NCBI GenBank assembly: GCA_040285825.1
Contig: JAUPSS010000001.1
Span: forward strand, 1 to 64,000
DNA length: 64,000 bases
Direction of reading: 5' to 3'
From: Eukaryota sp. TZLM1-RC
Taxonomy: Eukaryota; Protista; Metamonada: BaSk clade
Shown here: positions 11,996 to 24,600 of the stretch, one piece after another
How the letters are laid out: each line of letters opens with the position of its first letter
How positions within the stretch are numbered: position 1 is the stretch's first letter
Translations under genes and position numbers: made by a program
Notes under the pieces: model-generated
Database searches by the model: none
What the model saw: only the letters and a program-made list of their open reading frames with translations
Told to the model about the DNA's origin: nothing

Positions 11996-14900
11996 TTATT
12001 AAAGAAAGAAATGTTCAATCACAATGAAGAAACTATAACTAAAGCGATCAATCATCACTAAGATCACGAATGGCAAGTCGGGCATACACTTTGCTCATTT
12101 TAAAGCATGATCTTATAAATGACAGCGATATTTTTTTCCCATAAGAGCCTATCTCTTTTTTACGCAAAAAATTTACAAAACTTCGTTCGATGCCTCCAGA
12201 AGGAAATGCGATTAGTGGAACCAAAGGAACATGGTGAGAATATTTACCAATTTTCGACATTCTACGGCGTTCAATCAGTGTATTGAGAGGGGTAGAATAA
12301 CCACCGACCAAAGTGAGGTCATAACACTCGCTGCCATCGGGACGAATAAGGTCAACTCTGCCGTTACCTACGTTCTGTTCTTTGAGTAAGCCTGTCAGTT
12401 GCGATATCAATTCAACCACATCATCATGTCTTCTAATTCGCATAGATGATAGTTGTTCGCAATTGGCTGAATGATACTGAGAATTGGATTCATGTTTACA
12501 AAAGGGACAGTGATTTACAAATTCAGAACAGAGGAGGCGGGTTCTTAAGAAATACTTGAGCAATGAATCGTCAACAAGTTCCTCAGATGGATTGATAAAT
12601 AAAAGTGATTGAGACAGTGGTTTGCAATTGATTAGAACGTCGTTTTCATATTTGATTGGGATGGGTGCTATGGCTGGGTCAGTTACCGGCGACCTAAATG
12701 AAGCGAGTACAGCAGGCTTGGATCTAAAGTCCCTAGTCAAAGAATTCAGAGTCTCCAAAAAGTGGTTTTGAGTTAAGAGAGCTTGAAGTTTTGATAAGTT
12801 GGGGGAGTTGGTAGCTGTACCAAGTTCATGAAATAATGATTCAGCGCACATGAGATCTAAATCATCAAGTGGCAATGAAGAGTGGAAGAGGTTTAAAGTC
12901 CTATTGCTGGTGATGTAGGAGGCTGCGAAGCACAAATGAGCTATTTCCCCATAATTTGTGAGACCGAGTCCTCCAAATCTGGCTGACGGGAGAGAAATCA
13001 ACTGAGGAAACATAGGAACAACCCCAAGTGCCGAAGAAACAAAAAGAAACTATTTGATGAAACAACTAATGAGGGATTCTTGCTGACTGCTGGGCGATGA
13101 ACACGTGCATGAAAGGACAGTTTGGTGTTGATGCAGTGTCTCACAAGAAGCAATTGCTCTTGTAACGTCAGCGATTCGAGACATTTCAACAGAGAACTAG
13201 TTATTGGTGGGAGTGAGCTTGAAAGATCATCTTCGGCGTTTGGGCCAAAATGTGCACCAAGCACCTCGAAATTGTCATTGCTAGAGACAACAGCAGTTTT
13301 GTCAAGATTGACTTCAAGACCAATGTCTTGGATAAAGCTTGAAACAGTCCCAACAATAGCATCAGTTTCATGGTCGTTGCAAAGAACAAAAAGGTCATCT
13401 AAATACAAATAAAAATGACAGGATGGGTGCAGGGTACTGAGCTGTGTTGCAAACGGGACAAGGGCAGTTGAAAACAGCAAGGGACCGAGGGGATCGCCTT
13501 GTCGAACACCACGTTCTGAGAAAATAACTGAGTTTCTAAAATGTAATGTGGAAGGGCTCAGATAGCTAGCTTTAAAGAATGGGAACAGCAAAGGACAATA
13601 TTCAGCAACAGCTTGGGCAAGCTGACAACGGTCGACCTCATTGAATGCATTGCGCACATCAAACTTGATCAGTTTTTCGAAAGATAGGCCTAGATTACTA
13701 CGAATTGAATGGACAATAGCTTCACCACCACCAGGGACTTTCACGCCATATTGATTTGAATTGATCAAATAGTCAACATTTACTTTAGATAGCGCAAGGC
13801 CGGCAGCAATGCGGTAAAATAGTTCTCCAACTGCCAAAGGCCGCACTCCATTACTTTTCTTTGGGATGGCGAGCAATCTACTGGAAGTGAGAACACGTCT
13901 GAGGGGCTCACTTATTTTGCCACTGAGCAGGCCGTTTGCTATATACTGTACACATGACACCAAGTGGTCATCAATACACTGTTTCAAAAGTTTGGCATGC
14001 CAGTGGGAGGGGCCACCTTCCGTCATAGGGGAATTAAGGATTGCGTCAGCTACGGAAGAGGAGTCGTGGTAGGAGTAGTGTTCAGTTAGCATATTGTTAT
14101 ATTGACAAAAGTTTGGATCAGCTGGATGGAGGTGTTGCAATTGCTCTAGCATGGAGTTATTAGTTATGTTTGCTGTTGGTGGTTCTCTTGATAGCAGATT
14201 CATAGCGCGACTCAGTTCGTTGTCGTGAATAAGTTCTTTGACTCTCTTTATATTGACTCGATTGCTAAATGTATGTGGTCTGATGGGGGTTGTGTTACAA
14301 AAGAAGGAAGAAGTATCTTCACATTGACCAATATTAAATTTGTGAACCCTGTGTTGGAATCGGAAAAGTTTAAAAAGTGATGAGCCTTTGTCCAGCTTTA
14401 GGCAAACTACCGGTAGCACTAGAAGATATCTACATTTTTGTTCCATTGGCAGGGAAGAATGGGTGACCAACTTGACTGCAGAGCGGAATGAGGGACGATC
14501 ACTGAGCCGTTTGTAAGTGAAGCTTGCAATTTCATTGCTCAGCTGAATAAATAAAGAATCAGAAATACAGGGCATATCTAGAGTCGGTGACTCATGACGT
14601 TTGAAATGGTTGTCAAAACCAACCGATGAGAATACCTTCAAGCAAACTGGGCAGCGAACCAGATTATTAATGTGTAATGTGTCAGTGTCTATAGAGGAGT
14701 GGTGCATATCAATATGGCAGCATAAGGATCTTGCTTTGGAAAAGAAACTGGGACAGATAGGACAATTGTGTGATTTTTCTAAAATGGACGAGTCAAGGGG
14801 AGCACTATCAGCAATCTGTTCACAGTGGTCAGGTGGTAATGAACAAAGTGGTATAGGGCCTTCAAGAACATGATAACGTGTTCTTAAATACTTCAGCAGT

Positions 14901-15039
14901 GAACATTCAGAGCCATTAGCGCCACGTTTTGCTAAAACATCAGCAACATTATTATTAGTGTTGTCAGAATGTGCCAACACTTTTTTAAAGGAGAAGGAGA
15001 ATAGTCTAAAACGAGAACTATTTATGAGATCCTTTATTT
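11996..15039 (-). mobile_element. Family A copy A2, 5'-truncated within the RNase H domain
   Basis: Same 3' junction as A1 and near-identical to 3707-6754; homology ends at cctttattt and joins repeat A; ORFs 12998-15049 and 12048-13013 are split by homopolymer frameshifts. Confidence 0.93.
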
Positions 15040-15042
15040 CCT

Positions 15043-17345
15043 TCAACATTCAATTGTATACTTTTTGATTTTTTACTATTTTTACAATTTAATGTTTAAA
15101 AATTAATAAACTCAATTAATTCAAATATATACAATTCAATTGTATACTTTTTGATTTTTACTTTTTTACATTTAATGACATTAATAACTCCAATTAATTC
15201 AAATATATACAAAATCAATTGAAAATGTAATCATGAGTTTGTACTGATCAAGTAACACATAGCCAACATTACTCACACACAATTTCACACAAAGTTTGAT
15301 CACAAGTTGATCACATCTAGTACATAAGGACTACATGCAACTCATCTAATCATACCAATGACCATTCAACCAATCATACCAATGACTACTCAAATGACCA
15401 TAGCACGGACTTTAACACCACAATTGTTATATTAATTGTCCCAAAATGGACTTTAAAGATTTGACCAATGATTGTAATAAACAACCATTGGTCAATATAC
15501 GAAACTAGGAACTTCATATGAGCCTCAGTAAATCGTATCAAAAACAATACTCTTACACTTACAGCAATTGTTTTATTAGTTTACAACATTCAATTGTATA
15601 CTTTTTGATTTTTTACTATTTTTACAATTTAATGTTTAAAAATTAATAAACTCAATTAATTCAAATATATACAAAATCAATTGAAAATGTAATCATGAGT
15701 TTGTACTGATCAAGTAACACATAGCCAACATTACTCACACACAATTTCACACAAAGTTTGATCACAAGTTGATCACATCTAGTACATAAAGACTACATGC
15801 AACTCATCTAATCATACCAATGACCATTCAACCAATCATACCAATGACTACTCAAATGACCATAGCAAGGACTTTAACACCACAATTGTTATATTAATTG
15901 TCCCAAAATGGACTTTAAAGATTTGACCAATGATTGTAATAAACAACCATTGGTCAATATACGAAACTAGGAACTTCATATGAGCCTCAGTAAATCGTAT
16001 CAAAACGATACTCTTACACTTACAGCAATTGTTTTATTAGTTTACAACATTCAATTGTATACTTTTTGATTTTTTACTTTTTTACAATTTAATGTTTAAA
16101 AATTAATACACTCAATTAATTCAAATATATACAAAAATCATTTGAAAATGTAATCATGAGTTTGTACTGATCAAGTAACACATAGCCAACATTACTAACA
16201 CACAATTTCACACAAAGTTTGATCACAAGTTGATCACATCTAGTACATAAAGACTACATGCAACTCATCTAATCATACCAATGACCATTCAACCAATCAT
16301 ACCAATGACTAATCAAATGACCATAGCACGGACTTTAACACCACAATTGTTATATTAATTGTCCCAAAATGGACTTTAAAGATTTGACCAATGATTGTAA
16401 TAAACAACCATTGGTCAATATACGAAACTAGGAACTTCATATGAGCCTCAGTAAATCGTATCAAAAACGATACTCTTACACTTACAGCAATTGTTTTATT
16501 AGTTTACAACATTCAATTGTATACTTTTTGATTTTTTACTGTTTTTACAATTTAATGTTTAAAAATTAATACACTCAATTAATTCAAATATATACAAAAT
16601 CATTTGAAAATGTAATCATGAGTTTGTACTGATCAAGTAACACATAGCCAACATTACTCACACACAATTTCACACAAAGTTTGATCACAAGTTGATCACA
16701 TCTAGTACATAAAGACTACATGCAACTCATCTAATCATACCAATGACCATTCAACCAATCATACCAATGACTACTCAAATGACCATAGCACGGACTTTAA
16801 CACCACAATTGTTATATTAATTGTCCCAAAATGGACTTTAAAGATTTGACCAATGATTGTAATAAACAACCATTGGTCAATATACGAAACTAGGAACTTC
16901 ATATGAGCCTCAGTAAATCGTATCAAAAACGATACTCTTACACTTACAGCAATTGTTTTATTAGTTTACAACATTCAATTGTATACTTTTTGATTTTTTA
17001 CTGTTTTTACAATTTAATGTTTAAAAATTAATACACTCAATTAATTCAAATATATACAAAATCATTTGAAAATGTAATCATGAGTTTGTACTGATCAAGT
17101 AACACATAGCCAACATTACTAACACACAATTTCACACAAAGTTTGATCACAAGTTGATCACATCTAGTACATAAAGACTACATGCAACTCATCTAATCAT
17201 ACCAATGACCATTCAACCAATCATACCAATGACTAATCAAATGACCATAGCACGGACTTTAACACCACAATTGTTATATTAATTGTCCCAAAATGGACTT
17301 TAAAGATTTGACCAATGATTGTAATAAACAACCATTGGTCAATAT
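15043..17345 (-). repeat. Tandem repeat A, ~5 copies
   Basis: Same unit, with a short internal duplication near 15130-15200. Confidence 0.96.
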
Positions 17346-17742
17346 ACGAAACTAGGAACTTCATATGAGCCTCAGTAAATCGTATCAAAAACGATACTCT
17401 TACACTTACAGCAATGAGTTCCGTATCTTGGTCGTCTGCCAAGGTTTCATGATCCTGCGAATCTTCATAGTTTCAATGATCAATGAATAGTACTTAGACT
17501 AAACATCAATCCCACTGATGAGATATTGGGACTGTGTAAACACAATCCTAATCTTTATCGATTAAATTTGCAGGTCAATATATCATCCTTTCTAGGTTGG
17601 ATACTAGCTTAGAGGCGTTCAGCTATAATCCAACGCATGTTAGCTTCACACCAATATCTTTTCAGATAAGCGTAAATACCAATTATGCGAAACAACGGTT
17701 CCTCTCGTACTGGGTTGCTTTACTATTAGGATGACAATTATT

Positions 17743-17798
<56 letters not shown>

Positions 17799-17900
17799 TT
17801 AATGGGTGAACAATCCAACGCTTTGAGAATTCTGCTTCTCAATGATAGGAAGAGCCGACATCGAAGAATCAAAAAGCAACGTCGCTATGAACGCTTGGCT

Positions 17901-17943
<43 letters not shown>

Positions 17944-18303
17944 AGCTAAAAGTTTCTTATAGTTAAAGGATCGTTAGGCCACAATTTCTTGGTTTGTATT
18001 CATACTGAAAATCAAAAATCAAGTGAGCTTTTACCCTTATGTTCTACATGAGATTTCTGTTCTCATTGAGCTCACCTTAGGACACCTCCGTTATTATTTT
18101 GGAGATGTGCCGCCCCAGCCAAACTCCCCATCTGACAATGTCCTTAAATCCGATCGTATCCGAAGACACTTAAATCTTGAAACAGGAAACCTGTTTCGGA
18201 TTAATTAAGTTAGCAAACCAATGTCAAGAGTCAGGGTGTTTCATTGGCGTAGATAAATCTACTCCCCTGTACGCTACACCTCCTGAATCGGTTCACAATA
18301 TCA

Positions 18304-18341
<38 letters not shown>

Positions 18342-18347
18342 GAATTA

Positions 18348-18383
<36 letters not shown>

Positions 18384-18405
18384 GGTAGGTAGGGACAGTG
18401 GGAAC

Positions 18406-18438
<33 letters not shown>

Positions 18439-18439
18439 G

Positions 18440-18484
<45 letters not shown>

Positions 18485-19394
18485 TGTTTACCCGTGCTTG
18501 ATTGAATCTCTTCACAATGACATTCAGAGCACTGAGCAGAAATCACTTTCTGTCAACACCGTTTCCGGCCATCAGAAAGCTTTGTTTCGATTAAACAGTC
18601 GGGTTCCCTTTGTCCGTTACAGTTCTAGGTTGACCTTTAATTGCATAAAAGTAATCCCAATGGATCAACACCTCGCATCAACGCAATTGTTGCCAATCAC
18701 ATCAACGCTCAGTGCGTCACCACTAGGGCTCTTACACAAGGCCCCTAGAGCCAATCCTTATCCCGAAGTTACGGATCTATTTTGCCGACTTCCCTTACCT
18801 ACGTTCTTCTATAGACCAGAGGCTACACACCTTGGAGACCTGATGCGGTTATCGGTACGGACAACAATGAAGTGATTACTCCTCTAGATTTTCAAGGGCC
18901 GTTGAGAATACACCGGACATTACAAAAACGTAATGCTCTTCCTATCTTATATCCACTTCTCCTGTTAAACAGATTCCATGGACAATAGACAGTTAATAAG
19001 AAAAGATAACTCTTCCCAGGATCCTCCCCGACATCTCTAGATTCGATTGTGTTACCACGAACACCCACTGTTGGTGCAGGAATATTAACCTGCTTCCCTT
19101 TCGACAGGACGGAGCTATAAAAGCCCCCTCTCAAAGAGTTAACCTGTGCCTTAGGACCGACTAACCCATGGCAGAATACCTTTACCATGGAACCCTACTC
19201 CACTTCGGTCAACAAGATTCCAACTTGTTTATTTGCTACTACCACCAAGATCTGCACTAGAGGCTGCTCCAGTCCATTTCACAATGAACCTTCTACGCAA
19301 CCCCCACGACGTTCTACACATTAACTCATAAAATGAATTAATGGACATGTATAGGTGGCACACTTTAGCGCCATCAATTTTCAGGGCTAGTTGA

Positions 19395-19428
<34 letters not shown>

Positions 19429-20269
19429 ATTCCGACTTCCATGGCCACCGTCCTGCTGTCAATATCAACCAACACCTTTTCTGGGGTCTAAATGAGTGCA
19501 CACTTAGGCACCTTAACATGTCTTTTGGAGCATCCCACATCGCCAGTTCTGCTTACCAAAAATGGCCCACTTAGAGCTATTATTCAATTGCAACGATCAC
19601 TTAAGTATCATCACAAATCTTGCCCATTTAAAGTTTGAGAATAGGCTAAGGACATTGCGTCCCTAGTACCTCTAATCATTAGCTTTACCGGACAAAACTA
19701 AAACAAGCTCCAGCTATCCTGGGGGAAACTTCGAACGTAACCAGCTACTAGCCGCTTCGATGAGTCTTTCGCCCCTATACCCAAATTTGACGAGTGATTT
19801 GCACGTCAACATCGCTACGGACTTCCACCAGAGTTTCCCCTGGCTTCATCCTATTCAGGCATAGTTCAGCGGCTTTCGGGTCGTATCCATTCTGCTCATA
19901 CTCAGATCCCTTTGCAAGGACTGGTTGAGGGTGCAGTCGAAACTTCCCCTCATAAAATTACTTTCATTTCGCCTTCAGGTTTTTACACCCTACGACTTGC
20001 AGAAGAGATACACTCCTTGGTCCGTGTTTCAAGACGGGACAATTGAACCTTTTATGTTGGAGTCTCGGTAAAACCGTATTCCTGATTCTTAAAAAGAACA
20101 ATTTATGAGGCTATAACACTACAATAAACCGAAGTTCATTATAGCTACCTTCCCCACAATCACTCAATTTTCAAAATCACTCCAACGCAAGACAGCCGAA
20201 GCTATCAATATCAAGTTCCAATCGCTTATCCTTTCAGTGATTTCAGGTACTTTTAACTCTCTCTTCAGA

Positions 20270-20300
<31 letters not shown>

Positions 20301-20652
20301 GAACTATCGGTCTCCTTTTTATATTTAGCTTTATGGGAAACTTACCCCACATTTAACGCTGCATTCCCAAACAGCGCGACTCTCGGAAAATCAGTAGTGA
20401 ATCAATTACTTCGATGTCATTTACAGGATTTTCACCTTCCATGATACCCTTTTCCAAAGGACTTATACATCGAGAACCGAATACTGGTTTCCATAGACTA
20501 CAACTCTTCACAATCTAAAGATCATAAAGATTCAGTCTTGAGCTTTTTCCTGTTCGCTCGCCGCTACTAAGGAAATCATAGTTATTTTCTTTTCCTCCCC
20601 TTATTGATATGCTTAAGTCCAGGGGGTGATCTTACTTGAAATCAGGTCGAAA
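17346..20652 (-). rRNA. 28S (LSU) rRNA, complete and uninserted
   Basis: Reverse complement starts GACCTGATTTCAAGTAAGATCACCCCCTGGACTTAAGCATATCAATAAG; contains CCCGTCTTGAAACACGGACCAAGGAG, TCTCTTAAGGTAGCCAAATGCC, GGTTTAGACCGTCGTGAGACAGGTTAG; ends approximate. Confidence 0.97.
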
Positions 20653-20807
20653 TGATGTCTAAAAGACAATATATGAAAGAGATGAGTCGTCAATTAATGT
20701 AAAAGTTGCCTTCAACAATAAATGTTGACAAAAGTCAATCATATATTTGATTATTTAAGAAAAGAAGTAACCTTCAATTCCAATTATCCGAAATGGAAAA
20801 ATAAAAG

Positions 20808-20970
20808 ACGACGCTGATTCAAGTATAGTTCAATAAAGCCGAAGCTCTAAAGAACTACCATTTGCGTTCAAAGTTTCGATGATTCACAGATTCTGCAATT
20901 CACATTACGTATCGCAATTCGCTGCGTTCTTCATCGATAAAGGAGCCGAGACATCCATCACTGAAAGTTG
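20808..20970 (-). rRNA. 5.8S rRNA (ITS2 ~155 nt on the left, ITS1 ~97 nt on the right)
   Basis: Reverse complement CGATGAAGAACGCAGCGAATTGCGATACGTAATGTGAATTGCAGAAT...GTGAATCATCGAAACTTTGAACGCA. Confidence 0.96.
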
Positions 20971-21067
20971 GATGTTTCATAGAAACTATGAGTTTTATAA
21001 TAAAAAGGGTTGGTTCGGTATTAGGTTTCAGTTACAGTGAAACTTGTCAAGCCAAGCTCACAAACGA

Positions 21068-21207
21068 CAATGATCCATCCGCAGGTTCACCTACGGATAC
21101 CTTGTTACGACTTCTCCTTCCTCTAGATGCAAAGATTCACTGAATTTTCCCAACAAGTCTTGCTTTGCAGCTTAACCCATTGAGTCCAAACATTTCACCT
21201 CAACATC

Positions 21208-21253
<46 letters not shown>

Positions 21254-21648
21254 TTCAGCGCATGCTGATGACATGCACTTACAAGTTATTCCTCGTTCAA
21301 GACCCATAATTGCAAGGATCTATCCCAGTCAAGATAGGTATTCACAAGATTACCCAAACCTTTCGGTTAAGGACAAACTCGTTGTACCTACCATTGTAGC
21401 GCGCGTGCGGCCCAGAACATCTAAGGGCATCACAGACCTGTTATTGCCTAAACCTTCCTCTATGTAAAACCACAGCAGTCTCGCTAAGAAGTTCAAACTA
21501 TCCGAAAATAGAATAAAACTAGTTAGCAATTTAGATCTCGTTCGTTATCGGAATTAACCAGACAAATCACTCCACCAACTAAGAACGGCCATGCGCCACT
21601 AACCGTAAGATCATGAAAGAGCTATCAATCTGTCAATCCTTATCACGT
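21068..21648 (-). rRNA. 18S rRNA, 3' ~580 nt only
   Basis: Reverse complement has AAGGATTGACAGATTGATAGCTCTTTC, GTCCCTGCCCTTTGTACACACCGCCCGTCG, GTCGTAACAAGGTATCCGTAGGTGAACCTGCGGATGGATCATT; the 5' two-thirds is absent from the window. Confidence 0.96.
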
Positions 21649-24600
21649 TAATTTATTTCACTACAAAAGTACAAAAGCTATGAGCTACAAAACTATAATT
21701 TATCTCTACTTACTACTTAGACGAAAATTGAGCAGTTATCAACATAAGGTGAATGGACTATAAATGGCAATTTCTACCCTCAATCTTGCACCCCTGGTGG
21801 AGGCACAACCTGAGACAGGACGTCGACATTGTTTTCTGCCGATCCTTTGAAATTGGAGAGTTTGCTAAGTTCAGAAAAATAACGTTTTTCCGCCCTTGCA
21901 GAACCTCTGATAATGGCCACCGATAATTTGGGAACAATATGAGATATCTCTAAAGTTCTCAGTCTATCGAGGTATTTCCCATGGATCCCACCAGAAACAT
22001 AGGATATCAGGATCTCCATTAAATCCACTTCACCCTCTTCAATGAGTTTTTTATGTTGAAACTTCTTACGCTTCACTGTCGATGCGACATGAGACGCAAG
22101 GGTTCCTTCACCACCACCAACGACTGTAAGGTCGTAGGCAGTTCTAGATGATTCATCAATTAAGTCAGGCCTACTGGCTTGAGACCATCTATTGAACTCA
22201 CTCTTTGGCTCGATCCTAAATCCACTTGCCCTCCCAGTTATTTGTACAAGTGAATCGTGGCGCGCTATTACTTCTCTAGAAGTTTTGCAATTGACAAAAT
22301 GGCTAGCCGTTATGTCTTTCGCTCCACAGCTAGGGTAACCACACTTGGATCGAGGCTTGCTATGCATGAGTCTTCTTCTTACTCCGCTCATCATAGCATG
22401 ATCGTCTAGTGTCAAATCTCTTTCAGTTGGAACAACTGTTAACCACCTGTGACACTCAGGCGTTAATTGCAGCTCAACCTCATGTCTGAGAGTTCTAGGT
22501 ATCGCTGAAACATTGCTGGCTTTGCACTCTTCTGGAAAAAGAACCATTTCTGAAGACATTGCTGGCTTTTTGAAATAGTCCGTACATTCTTCGAAGAGTT
22601 GCTTCGCGAAATCTAAGTGGTAGAGACGTGTCTCTAGTTTTTGCATTCCTCTTAGATCAGCAATGCTAAGTTCTAGGAATGAACTCACATGTTTGGGGTC
22701 AACGAAACTACCTAACAAATAATCTAAACGAGATATTGTTGATTCTGTATACAGGTCCATAATTTTATTTTTATACCTATTTACCACAACAATACTACTT
22801 GCTAGACTACTTGCATTGGCAAGAACGCTAACCTTACTCCAATCGGTCATTCCGAGGCCGCCCCAGTTCATTGGCAAGGAGACCAACCCATCAAAGAGAA
22901 CTTCCGTCTTGAACCAATTTCTTATGCAATTACAGACCAATTCATGAAACTTTTCCAAAAGTGAATTCGCCAGGTCAGGGGTCCAAGCGCGAGCAAGGAA
23001 TCCTAGTTTGGGTTGAATACACATTCTTAAAAGTAACAAGCGATATTGCAAAGGAAGTATCTCTAAGCTTACTAGACTCTTTTCTAGCTCTTTGACTTTT
23101 AAGTCACTTTGTTTTGGGGATAGGGAACCGATAGGACATCCTAAGACGTCAAAGGTTGGGTTGTTCGATAGTTGAACTATCTCGCATTTTTCGCGGTTGA
23201 CTTTGCATCCAACAGGGGCACTTAGTTCCGAGAACAAGTCAAGGAACATATTACATTGTTCTTCGCTAGTGCAGAGAACTGCAATATCATCCAGATAACC
23301 TAGAGACACGGCATCTGGGAATTCAGAACCCATTTTGGACATGATATCATCTATGCCTACGGCAAAGAGATACGGACCTAGTGGGTCTCCCTGTTTCACA
23401 CCACACGTTGATTCAATGCTTCCTTCCGAATGGAAAAGCTTAGAGCTTCTTCCGTAAATTCTTAAGAACGAAGGTACCATTTCTGGTGCTAAGTTCTTCA
23501 AATTTTTCAGAATTTCACATCGATGAATACTATTGAAAGCATTCGCTATATCAATTTTCAACAAATGAGAAAATCGATCTGTGGTGGTAGATTGTCTTAC
23601 AGAATGAATAATGGCTTCAGCTCCACAAGGGATCTTAACACCAAATTGTCCATTCATCGCCAATCTTTCCGGGTCAACCTTACGGAGTATAGCCTTGGCG
23701 TATATCCGGTAGAACAGTTCTCCGACGGCAATTGGTCTTACACTATGACCGTCGTTTTTGGGGATGGGTACTAGACGAGAATTTAAAAGGACTTCAACAA
23801 GAACCTCTTGACTTTCGTCTTGAGGACCATTATGAAGCACCTTCGAGATATACCAAAGCATATCATCGAAGTAGGCTCCCGAAGGAACCAACTTCTTCGT
23901 CCACATTGTGGGACCACCGGAAGAAGAAGTGCACATTGTTCTAAGAACGCCGGTTACATCTTCAATAGATAAATCGATCTTAGGCGAACCTGGATCGATA
24001 TCAGCAACTTCTCCAGATGGATGCAATTTTTGAAGTTGCGCGGTGATCTGCTCTTTGGTTAATTGAAATGGCGTAACATCGCGTTCGAGTAAAGCCATCG
24101 CCTTACTACATGAACCATCTCTAACCAACTCCATCGCCCTCCTTGACTGCTCTTTCGCGATTCCCTCTTCAGTTCTATTTTTTCTTTTAAGATTATCAGG
24201 CCTTAAAAGATTAACCACCTCGTTGCATGTTATTTCGTCCTGATTATTACGATTGATAAGATCAATAAGACGATTAAGCTGGGTGAAACAATTTCCCTTT
24301 CTACCATATAGAAAAACATAAGGGGAAATCAATAAATACATCCATTTTTGAGTCATCGTGGCATCACTATTAGCAATGCTTCCAATAACTCCTCTCCAAG
24401 TACCCTTGGACCGAAGTCTAGCGTACCTGGTGGATGCAATTTCATGGTAGAGTACTCTAAACAATTCCGCACTAAGTACAGGCAGTTCTTTGTACTCTAG
24501 ACCAGCTTCAGGCATGCATACCTTCTTATGATTTGTTAGCCCAGTCGAAGTGAAAACACCTCTACAGGAAGGGCACACACCGTATCCCTTTGCTGCTAAC

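Noticed and set aside
18023-21467. ORFs within 18023-21467
   Set aside because: Lie inside rRNA genes; spurious
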